A stretch of DNA of 61,320 bases, counting the filler. It is 3 parts of 3 records of this genome, joined end to end, with 100 filler letters (N's around TTAATTAATTAA, not from the genome) between each part and the next. Parts side by side here need not be neighbours in the genome. Positions count along the whole stretch, not along the records: positions 17,192 to 39,677 come from SRR20825019_725; 2 more parts are not named here. One strand, 5' to 3'. The notes under the pieces are model-generated. The model was not told the origin of the DNA. It was given only the letters and a program-made list of their open reading frames with translations, and searched no databases. How positions within the stretch are numbered: position 1 is the first letter of the stretch; every line of letters begins with the position of its first letter. This document shows, piece after piece, positions 27,086 to 36,729 of this stretch. The position numbers and the translations under genes are program-made.

Positions 27086-28098
27086 TTAGAGGTTGGAGGT
27101 GTAGTCGTAATCCTTGTAGTTCAAGTTGAAAGCGGCAACACAGGTGGATCCGATGGTGGCATAGAAGAAGTCGTGGACGAGGTTGATGATGGGCTTGATT
27201 CCACCAAGGACAACCTGCATGAACGGCTTGTAGGCATCATAGATCATGTAAAGGAGAGGCCGCCAGAACTTGTTGAGGATGGTGTTGGCAGTGCAGAGAA
27301 CATAGTAGTACTGACCGTCAAGTTAAACTTCAACCAACATTGATACACTTAGTCGGAACACTTACCACCATAGCGGCACCGAAACGGAGAGCGAGCTGCA
27401 TCATCACGAGGAAGGGGTAGTACAGCACGGTCAAAAGCTGGAACACAAGATGTACAAACTTGGTCCAGGAGTGGCACACAGCGGGGAGAGGGAGAGCCTT
27501 ATTCTCAATGTTGTAGAGAGGGTAAGTGGGGTTGGTCTTTGACATATCAACAGCGAAGAGAGACTCCTCGAGGAAGATCTTGCGGCCCTCGGAGTCCCAG
27601 TTCTTCTTGTAGTGAACGGGGTAGATGGTGCGATCCTTCTGCTCCTTGATGGCATTCTTGGCGGTCTTGGACTGGGAGAACTCCTTGCCCTCTATCACCA
27701 ACGCATTAGAGCCGAAGACAACAGCACTATCGTGAAATGAACCTACCACCATAGACAATGGGAGTGCAGGTGGTCTGAGCGAAGCTCGCAGCAATAGGAT
27801 CCTCCTCCTTATCATCCTTCTTGTCCTTCTTCTTATCCTCCTTCTTGTCCTCCTTCTTGTCCTCTGCCTTCTTTCCGTCCTTCTTGGCGGCCTTCTCAGC
27901 TTCCTTCTTGGCCTTCTCCTCCTCCTTCTGCCTCTTCTCTTCCTCCTTCTGCTTCTCGGCAGCAGCCTTCTCCTGAAAGGAAGAAGTATCAGCTACCAAG
28001 TCGCCCCGCTCATCGCCGCAGCCAAAGACATTTCTGACACCAGCCAAGCATAGGATATCAGTCTAAGATCTTACCTCGGGTGTCTTACGAAGTCCCAT
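27086..28098 (-). CDS. Caveolin-like amphipathic membrane protein, paralog A (266 aa), 4 exons
   Basis: Exons 28098-28075, 27972-27747, 27691-27366 and 27310-27086 splice in frame. K/E/D-rich N-terminus, then a long hydrophobic/amphipathic region with 11-residue Pro spacing. AATAAA follows the stop. The gene model is solid; the family call is tentative. Confidence 0.6.
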
Positions 28099-28921
28099 TA
28101 TAACCTTCTATGATACAAGGGATACACAATCTGCAAGAACATATTTAGTTGAATAGGGACTATGCTCCCACACAGCGCAAATAGAGCAGAATGGGTGGCG
28201 ACATGAGGCCATACTGTGAGAATCGCCCACCGGCCTGCCGACAGTACTACCGGGCGGGTTATCTGTCGGGGAGGCTGTGTTTCTTGCATCGCTGGGTACT
28301 CGCTGCCGGACAACGGATGGGCATGGTGAGGTCCGGCTCTGGGCTGGCTGCGCTGGGCCGCACGGCCTCGACGCTTCGCTTGCGTTGATGAATCCGTGGC
28401 AGTGTTATTATCGGACAATTCCGAAAACATTCCATATACAATAGTACACTAAATAGTTTACATGTAAATACAGTAAATTATCATCGATTTCACTGAATTA
28501 CGAGCTGAGGTGACAGACTGAAGAAATTCGCTTGAGGATATGGCAGAGGATCTCCCTTGGGCTCGTTGGTTGGGCTCGAAACTGCTTGTGGGTGAGCAGT
28601 TCATCACGAGGGTTACTAAAGCGGCAGTAGACCCAGTGAGCACGACAACGCCGCGGGTCGGCGGCAGCGAGGCCAATTCTAAGTTTGGTGCCACTGTCCG
28701 GTCGTCCTCGGCCTCTTGCTGCAGTCGGAGCTGGTATCTGCGGCTTCCTGGTGGTCGTCGGCACATCACGTCCGGCAGCCGGGACGGCCTTTGAAAACCG
28801 GCTCGGCCCTGCCGGAGCTGCATGAGCGTCACGCTGCCGGCAACGGCCCCTGGGGAAAAACTTTATTCATATGAGGTGCACACAATTGTGTTTGCAGTGT
28901 TGATAGACCAGTAAAGATACA

Positions 28922-29643
28922 ATGGGTAAGTGTGGTTTTGTGTATTGGGATTAGGTTAAGAGGCTGTGCCCGTGGGTGAGCTAGTTGAGTGTGACGGGAA
29001 CGGGTGGGTCGGGGTGGGGGTTGATTGTTGACGTCATTGGATGACTGGCTCTGACTCTGGCTTTTTAGGCATTCTCGAACAGATCAAGCTCACCCCGATG
29101 ACCATCGGTAACGGCGAAGCGGTCAAGCAGGACAAGAGGGCGAAGGAGCTCGAGGAGGAGCTGATCCTCCCCGCCGTGTGGGATTTGAGCAAGGTCCCCC
29201 TTACCCCCATGTGGCCCCTTCTTGAGGTACACGAGGGCTCCGAGCAGACTCCCATCTGCCTCGATCTCTGCAAGACCGTGACCCAGATTTGCGTACTCCT
29301 TTTCGATATCATCCTCATCATCATGTACCCCTTCATCGTGATCTACCACGAGGCCGTCAACTTGTAAGTATCAATAATGCCCTTAACAAGCCCCGCCTTA
29401 CAATCGTACAGCGTGACCAACTTGACGTACTATTTCTTGATTTTCCCCTTCAACTTCGTCTTGAACTACTATTTCTACCCCTTGTTCGATGTTGTCCACC
29501 GTTTCTATGTGCCCACCATGTCCTTCATTGTCTGGGTGCTCCGTCCAATCCTCGCCATCTTTGCCGAGGTCGCCACCGCCTTCGGCCATGCCATTCACCC
29601 CTGCGTTGTTGGTGTTTCCCGCATCATTAAGGGCAAGTATTAG
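28922..29643 (+). CDS. Caveolin-like amphipathic membrane protein, paralog B (176 aa), 3 exons
   Basis: Exons 28922-28925, 29069-29363 and 29412-29643 splice in frame. Aligns by eye with paralog A over most of its length. Confidence 0.6.
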
Positions 29644-29796
29644 ATTCGATAAACCTCCTCTTTTTTTGTGTTTGCAAGGATAGAACTTTATTGGATTCCG
29701 TTTTCTTCTGCGGCGCTGCGATAGCAACTATCGTGTTTAGTCGCGTACAAGCCTGCACACGCCGATATCATCTGGCAAGCCACACATCAACCAGCA

Positions 29797-31248
29797 TCAG
29801 GGAAGAGAATACAAAGCAATATTCTTGCCCTCAAATGGCAGCACCACCCTAACAGCGCTTTGGCCTTGTCTGTCTGTAATCTCGGTAAGGTATGTTAGAT
29901 ATTCCTCATAAGAATGGACGGGAGAGCCGTCTTGGAGCCGGCGGTGCGGGTTCTCTGATGAGAATACACAGCATGGCACGACCGCGAATGGCTTCTGGCG
30001 GGCTAAGGCCGTCACGACAAGAGGCTCGGTGGCCTCATCGGGGTGCATCCCGACCACCAAACCACATGTCTCTAGCAAAGCCTTCTCGCCTTCGTCAATT
30101 TCACCAAAGGATTCGTCAAAATATTTCATACACTGCGGGATAGACTTGACCAAGGACGACTCGCCCACATCACCATCTTCCCTTGCTGATACCCCGACTC
30201 CATTCTTGTTCGCTCTGCGCTTCTCTTTGGCAGCTCGCTTCAGAGCCTTGTGCTGCCGGGCATTCAACTTGACAGGACGCGGGTCCACAACAGTGCTCGG
30301 GTATCCCTTTCGGATAAGTTCCCATGACACCTCTCCGCGCCCTCCCGCAATGTCGAGCACGCCCCGCCTCAAGACATCCACCCCAAATGTTTCCTCCAGC
30401 CATTCCACAAACACCAATGCCCGACTGCAGTGGCCCTTCATATCCGTATAGCGCTCTTTCTTCTGCTCACGGCGGCGGACCACAAGTGCATGGCACAGAG
30501 CCTGTCGCGTTGTGGCAGTCTCCGCCGGAATCATGTGGGAATACGAGCATCCAACCTTTTCACAAGTGCCTGAGTTCAACCACAGCTTGCATAACCCAAG
30601 CCGAGCAACCATCTCTTCCGGTCCCTCGTTCTCAGGCGGTGGCATCACTCCGGCCTCCTCGGTGCCCGTCGCACCATTAGAGTCTGCTTCTGAAGGGGCG
30701 CCAGGTTCCTCGGTGTGATGGACGCGCGTGGCTGATGGGGGCTTGTACGACATACCTGATTCAAATCGAATGCCAGGGCGGTCCGCCTTCCATCGGGAGA
30801 CAATCTCTACCTCCTCGGGCTGGCAGCGAATGCCCACTCCGTGACTTAGCACCTCAACTACTCCTCCAACCACCACGACATCTCCGCACTTTATCAGCTT
30901 CGAGACCTTGGAGAAGGTGTTGTGCTGTTCCGCTTCAGTGCACCGCATGCACACATGAACTAGCATAGGCTCGGAAGCAGGGCGGGGGAGGATCGATGTA
31001 TGTCCATTGCTCGTTACACCAAGATCAATGTCGAAGAAAAATATGCTACGCGTGGTGCGCGTATTCCGGCGAACTACCTGCCCTCGGACTCCGGTCACTC
31101 CGGTTTGCGCTGTTGTGCTTGTAGCGGAGCGGCGTTCGGCTTCACAAAGTCTGGCAATTGTGCGATACATAGACAGGTTATCGACGTAATCCGAAAAGTC
31201 AAGGTTGACCGGGCTAGGGGACGGCGCTTGGCTATTGTCACTCATCAT
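29797..31248 (-). CDS. OB-fold + CCCH zinc finger + class I SAM methyltransferase protein, single exon
   Basis: VRGQVVRR...IFFFDI (OB-like), CKLWLNSGTCEKVGCSYSH (C3H1), VLDIAGGRGEVS, GMHPDEATE and PFAVVPCCVF. First ATG at 31248. Confidence 0.8.
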   Translation of the reverse strand: MMSDNSQAPSPSPVNLDFSDYVDNLSMYRTIARLCEAERRSATSTTAQTGVTGVRGQVVRRNTRTTRSIFFFDIDLGVTSNGHTSILPRPASEPMLVHVCMRCTEAEQHNTFSKVSKLIKCGDVVVVGGVVEVLSHGVGIRCQPEEVEIVSRWKADRPGIRFESGMSYKPPSATRVHHTEEPGAPSEADSNGATGTEEAGVMPPPENEGPEEMVARLGLCKLWLNSGTCEKVGCSYSHMIPAETATTRQALCHALVVRRREQKKERYTDMKGHCSRALVFVEWLEETFGVDVLRRGVLDIAGGRGEVSWELIRKGYPSTVVDPRPVKLNARQHKALKRAAKEKRRANKNGVGVSAREDGDVGESSLVKSIPQCMKYFDESFGEIDEGEKALLETCGLVVGMHPDEATEPLVVTALARQKPFAVVPCCVFSSENPHRRLQDGSPVHSYEEYLTYLTEITDRQGQSAVRVVLPFEGKNIALYSLP

Positions 31249-31379
31249 GAGTGCCGACTTTGTGGAAGTTGTGGCAGTCGAAGCGGCCAGCTGCACTGTC
31301 GGTTCAGGTTACTGCCTGCACTCAACCTCGACTCACTCGTGAGGCACCGTTTGGTCACTTAACTTTCAAATGATCGACC

Positions 31380-32310
31380 GAACTCTGGGCGGCCGCCCCC
31401 GGCCCGCGGCGTCCGAGGGGCCGCGGGCCGCCGACTGGGCGAGGGCCGGGCGGCGGTCCGAGGGTGACCCGGACTGACCGGACCGTTGGCGGCCGTCCAG
31501 TCCGGACTCCCGGCCCCCGCGGGCCGGGCCGGGCCGCGGCCGGCCCGGGCCGGCGCGACCTGCAGTGACCGGACCGGACCGGGACCGGCGGGTGGGAGCC
31601 GGGGCCCCCGGGGCCCGGGCCGGCCGGGCCGCCCGGCGGCCGGGTCCGCCGGGTCCGGTCCGTCCGGTCCGGGCTGGTCAGGCTGAGGGTCGGGTCACAG
31701 TCAGTCACCCGGCTCGGGGCGGTGCGGCGGGTCAGTCACGGGGCCCGGCCGGGCCGGGGCGCCCCGGCGGCGCGGCGCCGGGCGGGGCCGCCCGGGCCCG
31801 CCCGCGGGCCCGCGGCTGGGCCCGGCCGGAGCACCGACCTGCCACTCACTCCGGCTCACTGGCCACCCCGGCGCCGGCGCCGGGCGGCGTGCCCGGGTCG
31901 CCCCGTCCCGGTCGTGACCGGACTGACTGTCACGGGCACCGCCGGGCACCCGCCGGCCGTCCGCGTCAGCCAGACTCCGCCAGTCAGTCAGTCATGCCTG
32001 AGTGCGGATGACTGAGCCGGAGTGCCGGTCCGGAGCCCCGCGGTCCCAGGCACGGTGGCGGCGGGCGGCCGGTGCCCCGGGACCGCGGAGCCCTCAGCGC
32101 CCGCCGACTCCGCGACGTGTCGTAGCGGTCCCGTCGACTCAAACGTCCATGGCAGGCCACCCTGCCACGGAAACACGCTGCCGGCGGCCTCGCCGGAGGT
32201 CGCTAGTGGCGCAGGCGGGGGCGGGAGGGGCCGTTCGCCCGGTGAGGTGTGACGGTGCATGTGCCCAGTCGGCCGGCCGTGGTTGCCGGCCACGGAGCCT
32301 CCGGCTCACA
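31380..32310. promoter_or_regulatory. Largest GC island (~900 nt) in the divergent intergenic region
   Basis: 78-nt pure G/C run at 31739-31816 and repeated GTCAGTCA/TGACTGA words; between ATGs at 31248(-) and 32419(+). Confidence 0.6.
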
Positions 32311-32418
32311 CGAAAACCCAACTGAAATAAGAACGTCTCTGTGACTGTTCTTTGAGAATAGAACAATCAAATATCACTGAAACCGACCGGCTTATTGCGC
32401 CGCGAGCCGAGCCGAAGA

Positions 32419-34912
32419 ATGGAGGACAGTCATCAGGTGGCTGACCAAGCCCCTGCGCAAGGTGGGGGGTTACCTTCGATGGCGCCGCATACTTCTGGAC
32501 AGCAGGTATGTCCCGCGGAGCTGTATGCCTTGTTGAGAAACAGGGAGGAGGAGATCGAACGGCTGGTGGCTGAGAACACCACCCTGGTGAAGAAAATCTC
32601 CGAGCTGCAGTCACAATCCAAGGTCTCCGGCTTCGGTCTCCCTCCATCGCCTACCGGCCGGCCTTCGGAACCTCTGCACATCACTCTTGCTCACTTGGGG
32701 ATGGGTGGGGTGAGTGAGCGCGAAGGCCAGCTCAGCCGAACCGCGTCTCCCGACAGCTTCTTTGGGGATGTGATGGAACCACCATTGTCCCCGCACACGA
32801 TACAGGACGCCGCCCAGAGCGCCCGGCTCTTCTTCTCAGTGGCCCAGGAGCTAGGCTCGGCCGGGCGGACGCACCGGTCCTCCGCGGACTCCGGGGGGGC
32901 AGACGATGATCTCCCGACTGGACGCAGTGAGCGGGAGCATGATGAACACTGTGATGTATCGCCGGGGTGCAACGAGCTGGCGGACATGGATGAGAGAATG
33001 TTTGTGCGCGTGTGTGATCACCTTGACCTCGGGCTGTCCAAGACTGAGACCATCCGCCTGTTTGGTCACGTTGACAAGGAGGGACACGGCCGTCTCACGC
33101 TGAAACGCATGCGCGCGGCGCTGCCCCGCGTCCCGCTCTTGCGCGCTGCGATGTCGCGATACAGATGTCGCAAGCGATGGAGCATATCCGCAGGTGAGTT
33201 ATGTCGCGTGTTTGCCGGGAGCCCTTGTCTTATTTATGATGGTGCCCACGTTAGAGTATCGCTATGACGCATCAACTTCATTCAACTACAAGCACCCTAA
33301 ATACCAGGCAGCCATCCGGGGCCATGACGGCACGTCGGATTTGCTGAGTCCAGAGAGGATTCACCATGAAGATATACATGGCCCGTTAGTGGGAGAGTAC
33401 AGGGACATCCGCAAGAACCTTGACTACAGTTATCATGTGAATTACACTGAAGAAAGGCAGCTCTGGCAGGACAATGTGGTGCGTGGAGTTGCTGTTCGTC
33501 ATACGGCGGTGCCTAGACCGTGGATTGTGTTCACGGCAGGGGCCATGGGGTCGGGCAAGGGATTTGTCATGAGGTGGCTATCGGCACACGGGATGTTCCC
33601 ACTGGAGGTGATTGCCAAGATTGATCCGGACGAGTTCAAGGCGATGTTACCGGAGTGGGCGGGGTATGTCAAGAGGGACAATGAGGAGAACAAGACCGAG
33701 GCCGGCACGCTGTGCCACCGGGAGAGCGGGTTCCTCGTAGAGGTGGCGCAGGAGGTCAGTTTGAGAGCCAGTCAGAACATTTGGGTCGATGGGTCCTTGC
33801 AAGATTTCGAGTGGTACTCGTCGACATTCAAAGACATCAGGCAGAGGTATCCGCATTACCGCCTGGCGGTGTTTTATGTTCATTGTAGCGCCGAGAAGGT
33901 TGTGATGCGCGCTGAGAAACGTGCAAAACTAACAGGACGAAGCATTCCGGCCAGTATTCTGTCGCAGTCCATCGAGCGGACAAGGGAGTCCATCCTTCGG
34001 CTGGGCCCACTGGCGGATGTGCTGTGTGTGATCCGTAATGAGGGGAGCGTCCCTGCGCTCGAGTTGTTTGAGGACCGCACCGGATCCATGCGTGCTATCC
34101 TTGACAGATTTTCCGTCCACCCAGAGCCCCCGGCGTTCCCCAGGGCACTACGTCCCATGGTCTTGGAAGAGGTGAAGTTTGGGGATGTGACCATTGCGGC
34201 CCAGTCAGTGAATATCCGACTGAGCCGCGCCGTTTGCTCTGCCCTTAGCACCGAAATGGGGCCGAAGCTACTTAGATTTTCGCTTGTGGAGGCGTTTGGA
34301 GACAACCAAAAGGAAGTTTCCGATGCCCTTCGACGACATGGCATTGATGGCAAGGAATACGATCTCGTGTTCAGCCCTTCGTCTCAGAATCACATGGACT
34401 ACCTTTCCGGAAGAGTCGCCGGGATTCCATCGGATGTAGAGCGGTTCGCCTGGTGTTTTGGGGCTGTGAGGAAGGACGGGTCACGCTTTGGGCAGTCTCC
34501 GGAAACCCGGCGCACAGTTGAGGCATGGAGACGATGGTGCGGCGATAGCAATCCTATCGATATGCTCATGATGAGTGGAGGGTTTATATATGTTGGCAAT
34601 GGTGCTGGGGAGCCGGAAGTTCTGTGCATCAACACATTCTCCCAGAGGCCCACTGGCGCTGGATGCACCGTCCGTGCGATACACTTTGCGCCGCCTATGA
34701 AAGTCCCTGCATCCTTCGCGCGCCAGATCATCAAACACGGCCGCATGATGCCAACAACAAAACGGGAAATTCTGCGCGCAGGAATGGAGACATACACATG
34801 GATTCTCCCAAGTGAGCTGCCAGGATGTGCTCCATTCGGGGGCTTCATGGTAAGATCTGTATCGCTGCAAAATCTGCGCGCTGACCATATCTATCCAGTA
34901 TGCATACAATGA
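32419..34912 (+). CDS. Coiled-coil + EF-hand + zeta-toxin-like P-loop kinase, 2 exons
   Basis: EF-hand-like LFGHVDKEGHGRLTL. Intron at ~33194-33254. Zeta-toxin motifs PWIVFTAGAMGSGKG, IDPDEFK, HRESG, VDGSL and RAEKRAKLTGR. Confidence 0.8.
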
Positions 34913-34995
34913 GCGAGAGATGCTCCTCTTCCCTTGCACAGTGGCGCCGTAGGCGAATTTGGGGCACCGACACAGCATCGTAGCCCATTCACATC

Positions 34996-35721
34996 TTACA
35001 CGGAATCCGCGCCTTCCTCTCTCATAAGTACATGGCCGCGCCTTCGCGACGGGAGGCGTTTCACCCCAGGCTTCTGAGTGGCCCTCTCAAGGGCTTTGTG
35101 CTCAAGGCGACTCAGCTCGCTCTCGTCAAAGGAAACTGGATCGGATCCCTGCGGCACAAGGACATTGGAGCCCTGGTCATCCCTCCTCGATAGCCTAGGA
35201 ACTTCTCCTAGTCTATTAATGACCCATTGCTCCCTTCTTGTGCATGGTAGCAGGTAACAACATAGCGACAAACAACAAGTCAGGCAGCAACCACCTGTCG
35301 AGAACCAGATCAGACCAATGTAGGAAATGCTGGCTGCAGCATGGCAGCCCTTCTCAGGAATCATAAGCATGTCGCATAAAGTGTCATCATCGGCAAGCCA
35401 CGTGAGGCCAAACAAAGTCGACATGAATACGAAAAACAAGCAGAACAAAAAGTGGATTCCACACATAGACACTATGAAACCTTCTTGAGTGTGGTGAAAG
35501 TTCTCCAGACATGAACGGGCGAAACAGTTGCTGATGGCCGCCTCCATTTCGACCTCTGTCTGGCAGTGGGGGCACTTAACCGTTGTCCTGGCCAGAGCCA
35601 TTTCTTCCACGCATTTCTTGTGATACGACGCCGCACACTCACAGGAGAGGGCGAAAAGTGGGTGCTGCGAAGTCGCTTCATCAAGGCAGACTATGCAAGT
35701 GGACACGGGAGTGCTTCCCAT
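34996..35721 (-). CDS. RINGv (MARCH-like) membrane E3 ubiquitin ligase
   Basis: CIVC...CEC....HKKC...CPHC (C4HC3) followed by two TM helices; 241-aa single ORF. Confidence 0.75.
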   Translation of the reverse strand: MGSTPVSTCIVCLDEATSQHPLFALSCECAASYHKKCVEEMALARTTVKCPHCQTEVEMEAAISNCFARSCLENFHHTQEGFIVSMCGIHFLFCLFFVFMSTLFGLTWLADDDTLCDMLMIPEKGCHAAASISYIGLIWFSTGGCCLTCCLSLCCYLLPCTRREQWVINRLGEVPRLSRRDDQGSNVLVPQGSDPVSFDESELSRLEHKALERATQKPGVKRLPSRRRGHVLMREEGADSV

Positions 35722-35929
35722 TTGCAGAGATATCTAACCGCAGGGCCATGGAATAAACTATATGTGCGCAAACTCCGTCGAGTACTTCAAGGTATTCTGG
35801 TGGCGGTTTATCAGGCAGCTACGGCACACGCGCTCTTGGCAAACCCGCGCCCGGATCAACGGACCGAGTGCGATAGGGCCCGCTGGTTCTCCAAAGGGAT
35901 GCAGGGCCGGGACTTGGAGGGTCGTACGG

Positions 35930-36170
35930 TGGGTCGCGCGCTGGCCCTGCAAGCTGGCGCCGGCGCCGGCCCGCCGCCCCGGCACCCCGCCCGGCATGGA
36001 TATGATGGTTCAGCGCCGGCCGGGCGGCCGCGCCGGCCGCGCCGGCCGCGGCCGGCCAACGGGCGCCCAACCGGCCGACTGAGTCACTGGCAAACCGTGC
36101 ACTGACCCGGCCGCGCGCCGGGGGGCGCCCAGGCTCCTCAGCCTAGCCAGGGCCGGCGAGGCCACCGGTT
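35930..36170. promoter_or_regulatory. GC island in the divergent intergenic region
   Basis: 45-nt pure G/C run at 36013-36057 and TGAGTCA at ~36080. Confidence 0.55.
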
Positions 36171-36729
36171 GACCCGTGTCACCTGTGTCTCACGCCTGAC
36201 CTGTTTTTCCCCAAGTGGGAAGACTAAAAATCCGAAACATTGCATAGTAAATCTGAAACTTTCTTAATCAAAGTTTTGAGGATTAGAAACATTGATACGC
36301 GCCATGAGCCCTAAAGCCTACGTCACTGGCCGCCGCCGACGTCGTGCCTCCGCCCGGTGAGGACTACGTACTTCAGTCATGACGGCGTAGAGGGCCTTCT
36401 CGGCCTACGTTGCTCAGTGATAGCCAACGAGGAGGCTATCGTCGCTTGGCCGGTGGCGCACGGGTCAGCTGTGCTTGAAACCGGCCGGACCGAACTTGCA
36501 GCACCGAGCTGTCGGCCGACACAGTCCCGGCTGTGCTGCTTGCAATATGCCAACGGTGGGGAATGAGCGTGGAGACTGTAAGATGTTCAGTGCAGCACGG
36601 GAGCTCGAGCCCTGCCTCTGCCGGTCGTAACTAGCCTGATTGGCTGAGAACAAGACTTTTTATATATAACGATCAACACACATGCATGGAGGAGTTGTAT
36701 TCCCTCTCTAGTGTTTTACGGTGGTAGCC

